Positions 34,087-42,509 of a DNA stretch of 48,306 bases are shown piece after piece. This DNA comes from a virus. The notes beneath the pieces are model-generated. The model saw only the letters and a list, made by a program, of their open reading frames with translations, was not told where the DNA came from and did no database searches. The first letter of the stretch is position 1. Every line of letters begins with the position of its first letter. Made by a program: the position numbers and the translations under genes. Location of the stretch: IMG/VR virus record IMGVR_UViG_3300015202_000001; one strand, 5' to 3'.

Positions 34087-36968
34087 TGATACGCCCCTTT
34101 TTTGAATTGTTTCATCTCGCCCCAGGTTTGCAAAGTTACAAACACAATTTCACCAATTTCGAATTCAGTGCTGAACTTGTCTGAAAACGTGTAAAAACTT
34201 TTTCCAGGTATGCACATGTACCGAATAATGTCGCGCCCTTTTTGAGTTTTTTTCTTAACCACGCCAGTTATTATACCACCTTCAAACTTCCCGCGCTGCT
34301 TATCCAAACTTTTCAATAACTCCGGATTGGGCATTACGAAGTCAAGATATTTGCGTTGACGTTCAACATCAGTTAATTGTACATCAATAGTTCGGTCTTT
34401 CAGCCTTATATCTTTGTTAGAAATTAACGCTGTACAAGAAGGTTCATCCGTCTTGTCAAATAGCCCGTCAAACGCCCCCGTTTCGATTAGTGCTACGATG
34501 TGACCTGAATTGACTTTACGCTGCTCCAATCGCTTCCTGAAGTCTTCTACGGACGTATACAAGCCGTTTTGCTCACGGTTCTCAACAATCGCACGACTTG
34601 AATTGTCACCAACACCGCGCAACACGCTAAATGGATAATAAATTGTATTATCATCGTGCTTGAATGAAAAACCGGAAACATTCACATGCGGCATTTTTAG
34701 TTCAATTCCAAAACGAACTGCTGCAATTGAATATTCGAATTGTTTATCATCGTCGGTATTCAACACTGCTGTGAAAAACGCAACTGGGTGTTTTATCTTC
34801 CACCACGCCAATTGCCAACTTATGAACGTATATGCTGTTGCGTGGCTGAGATTGAATCCATATCCCGTTGCCGCTAATAGTTGCTCCCACAAACTATTCG
34901 TGTATTCGTTTGACCAATTAAGGCTTTTTCCGCCATCGGAAAAAGCCTGTTGCATTGCAAGCATCTCTTTTTGCCAATTCGGGTCATCAACTTTGGCTTT
35001 TGCGATTATCCTCCTCGCTAAATCGGCTTCAGCCAAACCACCGCCAACAACTTTTGCGTAAACGCCCATCATTTGTTCCTGATAAACGATTACACCGAAC
35101 GTCGGACGCAACAAATCTGCTAATAGTGCATCGTGCTTAATTGGCGTTTTTTTGTAATTCGGAAATTCTTTTACGGCGGCCATTGCCGCTGGACGATAAC
35201 TTGCATTGCACAAAACTAATTCGTTAAAAAAATCTGGATAATACCCAGACGCATTTAACATCAGTTTCGTGAATTCAGTGATACCCTGCGAACCACTAAA
35301 TTGAAATATTCCTTCAGTTTTCCCACCAGCAAATAATTCGAATATTTCCTCCTTGTCAGCATCGCTCGTATTTTCGGGTTTAGGAGCGGAATATTTATAT
35401 TCACTCTCAAGCGCTTCGATTGCAGTCAATCCGTCAATCGACAAAAAGTCGTATTTTACAGCGCCAATATATGATATATCATCTTTGCCGTTCGAACTTT
35501 CACCCCAAGCACTTACAAGTGACCCGTCTTTTGACCGCTCGATTGGAACAATCAATCCGTCTGCTTCTAAAATAACACCAGCAGCATGTTTCGAACGGGT
35601 ATTAATCTGACCTTCCATTACGATAAATGCTTCCGCAATGATTGGATGCGCTTTTACAGACGCTGTCCAATTTTTAGACGATGTACCTTTCTCAGCAATA
35701 TCAGCAGTCGCTTCTAAACTTAAGTTTGTTTCTTTGGCTAGTGCTCTTATCAAGGACGCCTGATGAAACAAACCATATGCTGCAACTGGAACGCCGCCAT
35801 AATTGTCTTTTGCATATTGGATTACCTTTGTACGGGTTGACGGTGAAAAATCCATGTCCACATCTGGCAACCCCTTGCGCAGAGGGTTTAAGAACCTTTC
35901 AAACGATAAGTCGTACAATATTGGGTCTGTTTGGGTCAAGCCGAGCATATAAAGCGCAAGAGAGCCGCAACCTGAACCCCGTGCGATAAACTTATCATGC
36001 ACGCCGTTTGCAGAATTCGTTAGAATGTCACGCAAAATCACAAAATACGCTGATGCATTACGTTCCTTAATCGTGTCTAATTCAAATTCTAATCGCGTCT
36101 CATATTCGGAATTCCAATGAGCACCGAACAAAGTCGCGATATTGTTGCGACATAAATCGCGTAATTTGTTATCGGCGTCTGCAACGTGCGGTGTTGTTGG
36201 CGTGTGTTTCAAATTCGGAGCGTCAATTAATCCCGCCAACCAACCAGCATTTTCGATGTATGTCTCGAATTTTAGGTTCAACTTTTTGCAACGCGCTACC
36301 AATTCTTGTTCGGACTTCGTCCAAAGCTGCGAACCCTCGTACTCATACCCCCTCATTTTTACCAACATCGCTTGTAAACCAGCGTGCTCTTGGCGCTGAA
36401 AATGCGCGTCATTTGTCAAAACACTCGTCAATTTCAAATCCGACGCCAACCGTAAAGCTCGCTCATAAATATCGGCGCTTTCGCTCACGACCATAACTTC
36501 AGCGAAAAATCTCTCACCAAAAGCATTTTTGAAGCGTAATCCCAATTCGCGAGCGTCTGCATATGGTAAGTAATGAAACGGGCTACTTACGCAGCCCGAT
36601 AAGCAAATAATTCCGCCAGCGTGCTTAAACAGTTGTTCCGGTGTAAACGTTGCGCGTGTTTCATCGGCTTGTCGATGCGCCAGATTTTGCAACTCGACAA
36701 GGTTTTTCCAACCAACGTCACCATCAGCCAACAAAGTTATGTGTCCGCGCTTGCCAGCGACTTCTATATAGCTTTCAACGCCGATAATGGGCTTAATCTG
36801 ATTGTCGATGCAAGTGCGATAAAACGAAACGGCATTAGTAAGTGTACCATGGTCAGTAATTGCACAGCTATCCTGTCCAATCGACTTGATGTGCTTAATA
36901 AGGTCTGATACCGTTCCCAAACCGTCTGGACTAGCGTCGGTGTGTAAATGGAGATGCGAAAAACTCAT
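34083..36968 (-). CDS. dnaE: DNA polymerase III alpha subunit (PHP + pol core)
   Basis: N-terminal HLHLHTDASPDG (PHP), GSGCGSLALYMLGLTQTDP, LPDVDMDF. Confidence 0.92.
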   Translation of the reverse strand: MSFSHLHLHTDASPDGLGTVSDLIKHIKSIGQDSCAITDHGTLTNAVSFYRTCIDNQIKPIIGVESYIEVAGKRGHITLLADGDVGWKNLVELQNLAHRQADETRATFTPEQLFKHAGGIICLSGCVSSPFHYLPYADARELGLRFKNAFGERFFAEVMVVSESADIYERALRLASDLKLTSVLTNDAHFQRQEHAGLQAMLVKMRGYEYEGSQLWTKSEQELVARCKKLNLKFETYIENAGWLAGLIDAPNLKHTPTTPHVADADNKLRDLCRNNIATLFGAHWNSEYETRLEFELDTIKERNASAYFVILRDILTNSANGVHDKFIARGSGCGSLALYMLGLTQTDPILYDLSFERFLNPLRKGLPDVDMDFSPSTRTKVIQYAKDNYGGVPVAAYGLFHQASLIRALAKETNLSLEATADIAEKGTSSKNWTASVKAHPIIAEAFIVMEGQINTRSKHAAGVILEADGLIVPIERSKDGSLVSAWGESSNGKDDISYIGAVKYDFLSIDGLTAIEALESEYKYSAPKPENTSDADKEEIFELFAGGKTEGIFQFSGSQGITEFTKLMLNASGYYPDFFNELVLCNASYRPAAMAAVKEFPNYKKTPIKHDALLADLLRPTFGVIVYQEQMMGVYAKVVGGGLAEADLARRIIAKAKVDDPNWQKEMLAMQQAFSDGGKSLNWSNEYTNSLWEQLLAATGYGFNLSHATAYTFISWQLAWWKIKHPVAFFTAVLNTDDDKQFEYSIAAVRFGIELKMPHVNVSGFSFKHDDNTIYYPFSVLRGVGDNSSRAIVENREQNGLYTSVEDFRKRLEQRKVNSGHIVALIETGAFDGLFDKTDEPSCTALISNKDIRLKDRTIDVQLTDVERQRKYLDFVMPNPELLKSLDKQRGKFEGGIITGVVKKKTQKGRDIIRYMCIPGKSFYTFSDKFSTEFEIGEIVFVTLQTWGEMKQFKKGAYQ

Positions 36969-36973
36969 ATCAA

Positions 36974-37444
36974 TTAAACCTCATTCAATAATGCAAATTC
37001 CCCAAAAAGTTCGATTGCAGCATTATTATACGCAATTGCCGCGTCAATTTCATTTGCGAAATAACCCCAATATTTGTTTTTATTGTTACATTCAATTTGT
37101 GCCCGCCAATTGCCATCTCGTTTATAAAAACTAACGCCTTTGAAACGCGATGTTTTGGCGTATGTCCGCACTTTTTGATTGCGCCTGTTTTCAGAATTGC
37201 TGCAAACCCGTAAGTTTGACTTTTGGTTGTCAAGTGTATTGTGATTAATGTGATCCACATCAAACCCATCGGGACAATTTGTAACAAATCTGTGCATATA
37301 TTGAGTTTTGTACTTACCTTGTGAAATTGCTACGCCTCGCACTGCATATCCATGGGAAAAACACCAATTATATTGATTCAACTCATCAAAATCTTCATCG
37401 TCAATAATTGCATATTGCCCTTGTGTTAACTCAATTTGTTTCAT
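36974..37444 (-). CDS. HNH + AP2 homing endonuclease, paralogue 2
   Basis: Collinear with 8058..8528 (MKQIELTQG..., DHINHNTLDN, EIDAAIAYNNAAIELFGEFA); sits 5 nt upstream of the polymerase gene. Confidence 0.85.
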   Translation of the reverse strand: MKQIELTQGQYAIIDDEDFDELNQYNWCFSHGYAVRGVAISQGKYKTQYMHRFVTNCPDGFDVDHINHNTLDNQKSNLRVCSNSENRRNQKVRTYAKTSRFKGVSFYKRDGNWRAQIECNNKNKYWGYFANEIDAAIAYNNAAIELFGEFALLNEV

Positions 37445-37445
37445 G

Positions 37446-37805
37446 TTACAATACTCCATTCATCGATAAGAACGCTTGACAGATCAACAACGGAGTCATG
37501 ACATTGGCAGCAAAACTCGTCTTACTCCCCGTAATTTCATTTTCATAAATCACAATTGCGCCGTGCGAGCTTGTGTAATATTGCGCCGTATGGTTTTCGA
37601 TGTTCAAGTCGCGATAACAAAGTTCAAAATCACCCGTCCAATTCGGATAGATACTTGCGATATCTTCGGGCTTGCAAGTTATTGCAAGTACTTTGTTATT
37701 GATTACGGTTATTCCATCGTGCATCAGAACATACCACCCGCCCAATTGTTTTACAGTATAACCGAGAATTCCACCAATTTTTTCATTCATCTCGTAATCA
37801 TTCAT
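37446..37805 (-). CDS. Hypothetical protein
   Basis: ORF track. Confidence 0.65.
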   Translation of the reverse strand: MNDYEMNEKIGGILGYTVKQLGGWYVLMHDGITVINNKVLAITCKPEDIASIYPNWTGDFELCYRDLNIENHTAQYYTSSHGAIVIYENEITGSKTSFAANVMTPLLICQAFLSMNGVL

Positions 37806-37962
37806 TGTTCATCATCCTTATAAAGTAATCGTACAAAGCCGCGAGAGTTTCGCGTATCCAATATGGTAAGTTGTTTTCGTCGTCTGATAATATTTCATTT
37901 ATCAAGTTAGCGAAACGGGCATTTCGCCCGTTTCGCTCCGTGTTGTTATTAGGTTTATTCAT
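37798..37962 (-). CDS. Possible 54-aa protein (ATGAATAA and ATGAATGA overlaps at both ends)
   Basis: Below the ORF-track cutoff; its 5' part contains the 11-bp hairpin gcgaaacgggc/gcccgtttcgc, so the true start may be the TTG at MINEIL. Confidence 0.35.
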   Translation of the reverse strand: MNKPNNNTERNGRNARFANLINEILSDDENNLPYWIRETLAALYDYFIRMMNNE

Positions 37963-38113
37963 AATGTTTTGCCAACCAAATGCGCATACGAATTTTTATA
38001 ACAATTATAAATATCTGCACAATTAGTAACATTACGCCGATAAACCTGAACAAAAAGTTTGCAATTGCAAAAATTGCGAATGACACTGCGAAAAGCATTA
38101 TTATGTGTGTCAT
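37955..38113 (-). CDS. Small (52 aa) two-TM membrane protein
   Basis: MTHIIMLFAVSFAIFAIANFLFRFIGVMLLIVQIFIIVIKIRMRIWLAKHYE; TAATG coupling to the upstream ORF. Confidence 0.5.
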   Translation of the reverse strand: MTHIIMLFAVSFAIFAIANFLFRFIGVMLLIVQIFIIVIKIRMRIWLAKHYE

Positions 38114-38280
38114 TATTTATGCCACCAAAAGTAGATTCTTGTCAAGACGTTTCGCAAACGGTCTGGAAGCTGAACGCCGCGATTTGCCAAATAGTTGATA
38201 AAACTGACGAATATCCCAAGCAGCATTAGCATCGCGCAAAAAAGCAAAACAAATAGCGTGACGACAACCAAATTAATCAT
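38113..38280 (-). CDS. Small (55 aa) single-TM membrane protein with a basic C-terminus
   Basis: MINLVVVTLFVLLFCAMLMLLGIFVSFINYL...; ATGATTAA overlap with the peptidase stop. Confidence 0.5.
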   Translation of the reverse strand: MINLVVVTLFVLLFCAMLMLLGIFVSFINYLANRGVQLPDRLRNVLTRIYFWWHK

Positions 38281-38860
38281 AATTCTTGTCCCTCGTTTTG
38301 TTCATAAATATGCACACATTCGGAGCGGGTGAATTCACTAGCGATTTTGAAAAACGCGCATATGGGTGGTGAATTTTATTACCATCCAAAATATGTTTTC
38401 CCCAATAGTCGCTGTCAAGAATAATCACACCCAAATCATCATACCCACACACCGTCACATAATGACCAAAATGGTCTGGGATGTTCTGGCGAGCAATGTA
38501 GCCATAGTTTATCAACGCGATTACCGGACGTCCTTCGTCAATCTCATTTTTGATTTTATCAATTGTGACATTTTTCGTATAAGTCGAACCAACGCCGAAT
38601 TTTGCAAGAAGGGTCACTACTGCGGAAACAACCAATCCATTGTCGTGTTGCGCTAATGTCGTCATACTCGATAATTGGTCAATTGTCCCAACCGGCTTAC
38701 CATAATACGTCAATACGGATTTTGCACATGCAGAACCACAATCGTTGGCGAATTTATGGGAACCAAAACCTTCTTGCGAAAAATACGGAACTTCCAGAAT
38801 TTTGGTTTTACCGGACAAAAGATTTGTGACTGCATTTTTAAGATTGAAAATCGATTGCAT
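38273..38860 (-). CDS. Peptidase C39-like (papain-fold Cys/His) protein
   Basis: VPYFSQ...NDCGSACAKSVLTYYG and HFGHYVTVCGYDD. Confidence 0.7.
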   Translation of the reverse strand: MQSIFNLKNAVTNLLSGKTKILEVPYFSQEGFGSHKFANDCGSACAKSVLTYYGKPVGTIDQLSSMTTLAQHDNGLVVSAVVTLLAKFGVGSTYTKNVTIDKIKNEIDEGRPVIALINYGYIARQNIPDHFGHYVTVCGYDDLGVIILDSDYWGKHILDGNKIHHPYARFSKSLVNSPAPNVCIFMNKTRDKNYD

Positions 38861-38862
38861 AT

Positions 38863-39444
38863 TTATTTAATCCCATAACGGTTCGGACGTTGCATATTTT
38901 TGAGTGTTTTTTCATAAACGTAATCGACAATGTCGCCATTGGAGTTAGCGACGATATATTGATTTATCATAAAAAACATTTCGCGTATCGCAATATCACC
39001 AAAATCAACACGACCAGTTTTACGCAATTTCTGCATCATCTCAGCCAATCGATTGAATAATCCCAACGCCACAAAATCAGCATTCAATTCATGAGGCGTA
39101 ACGCCCAAACTTTCCCAATTCACGCCATATGGATTACGCAAATATCTTGGCGTCACCACCCAACCATAACTACCAGCTAAATCCAACAGAATAATCACAA
39201 CATCAGCCAGTTCGGTCAACCCATCTTCGGTAATCGCATTAATGTCGTCAGGCGCATTTTGAAATTCCAAAACTTCGGACGACGCATGGCACAACTGCTT
39301 GAATGTTTGCGCAGTGTGCGCATCTGAACACATAACACGTTTCTTAGGCCAAAAACCCTTTTGCCGAGCAACGTGATGCTCAATGTCCGCTAAGTCAGTT
39401 TCTGGTTGATAAAATGCTTTTATTTTACTCTCGATTGTTGTCAT
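38863..39444 (-). CDS. MazG-like all-alpha NTP pyrophosphohydrolase
   Basis: LTELADVVIILLDLAG helix motif; size. Confidence 0.5.
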   Translation of the reverse strand: MTTIESKIKAFYQPETDLADIEHHVARQKGFWPKKRVMCSDAHTAQTFKQLCHASSEVLEFQNAPDDINAITEDGLTELADVVIILLDLAGSYGWVVTPRYLRNPYGVNWESLGVTPHELNADFVALGLFNRLAEMMQKLRKTGRVDFGDIAIREMFFMINQYIVANSNGDIVDYVYEKTLKNMQRPNRYGIK

Positions 39445-39447
39445 AAT

Positions 39448-40431
39448 TTATAAACCTTTTTTTATGCGTTTACCTGGACGTTCGTGCGTTTTGATTGTGC
39501 GCACATCTACAATGTTTTTATTCTCCAAACTCAAACGCAAAACGTGACGTAATGTGTAATCAAGTATGCGAGTGTAGAATTTTGTTACAAGGGTATCACG
39601 CTCATCGTCTGGCATGTTTTCCGAAAGCATCATAAGACATGCGTTTAGCCAATCAAGCCAATACCTCGATAGATGAAATAATCGCTTGTAGTCCACGTCG
39701 TCGTTATGCAAAAATTGTTGTATTTCAACCGCATCCTTAAAGCTGATTTTGCTCATACCGCGCTCTTGACCGCGCTCATCAGTAACAGCACTATCAAACG
39801 CCTTTTGATACCAGCGTGTAACATCAAAATTCTTATAAATATTGACTGACGCTTCTTGCGCGTACATCTCGTCAATTGTAACCACAATTTTGCCCATTAA
39901 AACGTTGCCTGGCAAATTGTTACAAATGAATTCCAAAATAAACCCGAACGTAAAAATGTCATACATAAATTCGTTAAAAATGTCAGCCTGACGCATTGCA
40001 ACGTCTAATGACAATTCTTTGTAAATTCCGTTGTTTTGCATCCTGAAACGAAACGCATAAGAATTATTATTAGTTGTAAAGCTGACGGCTTCATGCGAAC
40101 ACAGCAGCAGTTCATACGCATCTTTTAATCGCGTAGCAATATCCTGGCTATAATACTCGTCTTGATATTCAAATGGAAACGTATTATTTGAATACTTTTT
40201 ACATTCCGCAAAGTCGCCACCAACCAAAGTGTTTATCGCCAATGCAAACGCCGCCCCCAGATTGAAACACAATGATTTATCTGTTGGTATTAAATCATGC
40301 GCATCACGAATAACGATAACTGCGTTTTGCAGCATAAATTCTTTATTGACCGAACGTCCGGCTTGTTTTGCGAACGAATTTACAAAACTATCCAATTTAC
40401 GCGGCGTATAATTTATTGATTTAGTTTCCAT
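39448..40431 (-). CDS. Hypothetical 327-aa protein
   Basis: ORF track. Confidence 0.7.
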   Translation of the reverse strand: METKSINYTPRKLDSFVNSFAKQAGRSVNKEFMLQNAVIVIRDAHDLIPTDKSLCFNLGAAFALAINTLVGGDFAECKKYSNNTFPFEYQDEYYSQDIATRLKDAYELLLCSHEAVSFTTNNNSYAFRFRMQNNGIYKELSLDVAMRQADIFNEFMYDIFTFGFILEFICNNLPGNVLMGKIVVTIDEMYAQEASVNIYKNFDVTRWYQKAFDSAVTDERGQERGMSKISFKDAVEIQQFLHNDDVDYKRLFHLSRYWLDWLNACLMMLSENMPDDERDTLVTKFYTRILDYTLRHVLRLSLENKNIVDVRTIKTHERPGKRIKKGL

Positions 40432-40432
40432 A

Positions 40433-40723
40433 TTAAAAACTTTCGATTATTTCTAAAGCCTGCTCGACACTCCGCACGATGAAAAGATTAACACCGTGCT
40501 CACTTGCCCAATCGTCAAAAAACTGTTGTTCATCTTTCGTCAATTTTCCCTTTTCGCTTTTAATTTCAAACAAAAACAAACTGTTTCGATAACACACCAG
40601 CAAGTCGGGCTTACCATGACGCAAACTCGCCAGCGAGATGATTTTGCAGCCCTTCTTGATAAGCGCATTTTTAATTTCAGAATGATTTAGGTCAACTTTG
40701 CTAAATGTCAATTTTCTTCCCAA
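40433..40723 (-). CDS. VRR-NUC domain nuclease
   Basis: GKPDLLVCYRNSLFLFEIKSEKGKLTKDEQQFF (D...E.K core). Confidence 0.75.
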   Translation of the reverse strand: MGRKLTFSKVDLNHSEIKNALIKKGCKIISLASLRHGKPDLLVCYRNSLFLFEIKSEKGKLTKDEQQFFDDWASEHGVNLFIVRSVEQALEIIESF

Positions 40724-40941
40724 ACAATATAACGCTCAATCTCATGTTGACGCCCAATTTCAATAATGACCGCATCAGGCGGCAACATTACCTCGAAGTA
40801 ACGTGGATTTTTGGAACTTGTCCAACGGAAATAAAAAGATTTTCGGATACGGTAAATTATTACCGTTGAAACGTATTTTGCTTGCAACGATAAAGTTGCT
40901 GCGCGTTTTGCCTCTAAATAATCTTTATACATTAACTTCAA
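40708..40941 (-). CDS. Hypothetical protein
   Basis: ORF track. Confidence 0.6.
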   Translation of the reverse strand: MKLMYKDYLEAKRAATLSLQAKYVSTVIIYRIRKSFYFRWTSSKNPRYFEVMLPPDAVIIEIGRQHEIERYIVWEEN

Positions 40942-41278
40942 TCCTTTCTATAAAGACAAAAGTTGCGCCGTTTTCAGAAAAATCTTTCGCAGCATATTCA
41001 GCTTTTTGACTATCAAAAAACAATGCGTAAGTTTTACAACCAAAAAATTCAAAAACAACTCGATAAACAGCCGGATTAATACTTGCTGGCGACAACCTTT
41101 CAGAAAGAAATGTTACGGTTGTCCCGTTATCGAATTTTGTTGTTAAATAATCGCCATTTTTTGACACGTACGTAACTATTGATTGTGTATTCGGTTCAAT
41201 TGTTTCGTGGTCGTTTGTGTGTGCGTAAATTTCCACCGGAAATAAATTAAACACTTTATCACCAATATTATACTTCAT
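40925..41278 (-). CDS. Hypothetical protein
   Basis: ORF track. Confidence 0.65.
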   Translation of the reverse strand: MKYNIGDKVFNLFPVEIYAHTNDHETIEPNTQSIVTYVSKNGDYLTTKFDNGTTVTFLSERLSPASINPAVYRVVFEFFGCKTYALFFDSQKAEYAAKDFSENGATFVFIERIEVNV

Positions 41279-41526
41279 ATGAACTCCAAACTTAGTATAT
41301 CTAAATTAGAACCCTTGCAAACGATTGGTACGGACATATTGTCGAAACTAACGGCATAAAAACTTTCAAGTGAAAGCTCAATTTCAAAACAAACTATTTT
41401 TCCGATTGTTCCGACTTTGATATGGTAAATACCGTTTTGCGCATCAAAGAATTTTTCGTCCCAATCCCAAAAATATGTGTAAAACGTTTTATTGCTTATC
41501 ACGCGCTTATTGCGTTCGAATTTCAT
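41275..41526 (-). CDS. Hypothetical protein (start moved to MKFERNK with a GGAG RBS)
   Basis: The 20 N-terminal codons of the track ORF are encoded by the intergenic hairpin. Confidence 0.6.
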   Translation of the reverse strand: MKFERNKRVISNKTFYTYFWDWDEKFFDAQNGIYHIKVGTIGKIVCFEIELSLESFYAVSFDNMSVPIVCKGSNLDILSLEFI

Positions 41527-41549
41527 ATTTAATCTCCAGTTATTAAACT

Positions 41550-41580
41550 GGTCTAAGCGGCACGATGTGCCGCTTAGACC
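41550..41580 (-). terminator. Perfect 14-bp hairpin ggtctaagcggcac / gtgccgcttagacc after the 41587..42354 gene
   Basis: Starts 7 nt after the stop; followed by agtttaat on the minus strand (weak U-tract). Confidence 0.5.
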
Positions 41581-41586
41581 TAACAA

Positions 41587-42354
41587 TTACTTAGTGAATT
41601 TGTTCTTGGTCGCTGGAATATCAGGCGTCGGTACGTCATTTTCAGCTTCAATGACGCCCCAATCTTGCAAACGCTTAATAACTGACGTCGCATTATGTTC
41701 AAACAAATCCTGCGGGTTCAGTTCAACATCCGTTTTCATAAACGTTTCGAGCGCGTCCTTATTGAAAATCTTTGGAACGATGCTCTGCTGAGTGACCACA
41801 TACTTACCATAACCACCAGCTTCACGCGAAAAATTTACTAACTTTCCGGCGCTTTCGGCGTTGTCGAACGCAGTATCAAGCAGTTTGATGAGTTGTGCAA
41901 CTGCGGACTTCGTGAATTGCACGAACTTATCGGAAAATTCACCAGTTTCGGGTGAGCGAACACCAACGACAAACACATAAGTAACATCGTCTTTTTGAGT
42001 TTGCTTATCGGCGTTTTGACAGCCTGGGCAACCGTCCTTGCCATACAGCAGTCCAGTATCAGCATTAACCTCATCCGCAATACAATACACTGACCACGGT
42101 GAAGGATTAGCAGTCGATTTATTCATAAACCAATGGCGCGTCCCCATCACAATACCGCCAAACGCTTCTGGCGGATAATTGTCAATCGTTTCGTCATACA
42201 CTGCATTTTCAATTTCACCAACAGCGTTAAGCTGAACTGGCAATACCGAACCACGCAACAGCATGACCACAGATTGACCCTTATCGAGCTTGACGAAAGT
42301 ATCCTTACCAATACCTGAACCAACCGTATCCTTGACCTGAATGAGCTTTGACAT
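41587..42354 (-). CDS. Hypothetical 255-aa protein with its own promoter and hairpin (candidate ssDNA-binding protein, unverified)
   Basis: Strong AAGGA RBS, dedicated TGgTATAAT promoter; placement between recombination genes; no diagnostic motif. Confidence 0.7.
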   Translation of the reverse strand: MSKLIQVKDTVGSGIGKDTFVKLDKGQSVVMLLRGSVLPVQLNAVGEIENAVYDETIDNYPPEAFGGIVMGTRHWFMNKSTANPSPWSVYCIADEVNADTGLLYGKDGCPGCQNADKQTQKDDVTYVFVVGVRSPETGEFSDKFVQFTKSAVAQLIKLLDTAFDNAESAGKLVNFSREAGGYGKYVVTQQSIVPKIFNKDALETFMKTDVELNPQDLFEHNATSVIKRLQDWGVIEAENDVPTPDIPATKNKFTK

Positions 42355-42436
42355 ATTGATTTTCCTTGTGCGTAAATAAGATTTATATGCTAGGGAGTTG
42401 GACTAACGCGCTTCCGCGCTTCGTTTCGATGAGTAC

Positions 42437-42445
42437 ATTATACCA
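42437..42445 (-). promoter_or_regulatory. Perfect extended -10 promoter TGgTATAAT (minus strand)
   Basis: Reverse complement of attatacca; about 85 nt upstream of the ATG at 42354. Confidence 0.65.
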
Positions 42446-42493
42446 CATTTTAGGGTGGTGAACGTATGCGTTTTGTTAGAACTGACCGATGAT

Positions 42494-42509
42494 TGTGAAA
42501 CATTTCACT
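42494..42509. promoter_or_regulatory. TGTGA-aacatt-TCACt box centred about 71-72 bp upstream of the predicted start of the 42437 promoter
   Basis: 9/10 match to TGTGA-N6-TCACA; overlaps the vWA gene stop. Confidence 0.5.

Noticed and set aside
41527-41586. N-terminal extensions of track ORFs (41275..41586, 17257..17826, 29515..29952, 30930..31670, 42509..44485)
   Set aside because: The extensions overlap upstream genes or are encoded by an intergenic hairpin. Internal ATGs with an RBS give the short 8-, 11- or 17-nt overlaps typical of this genome.
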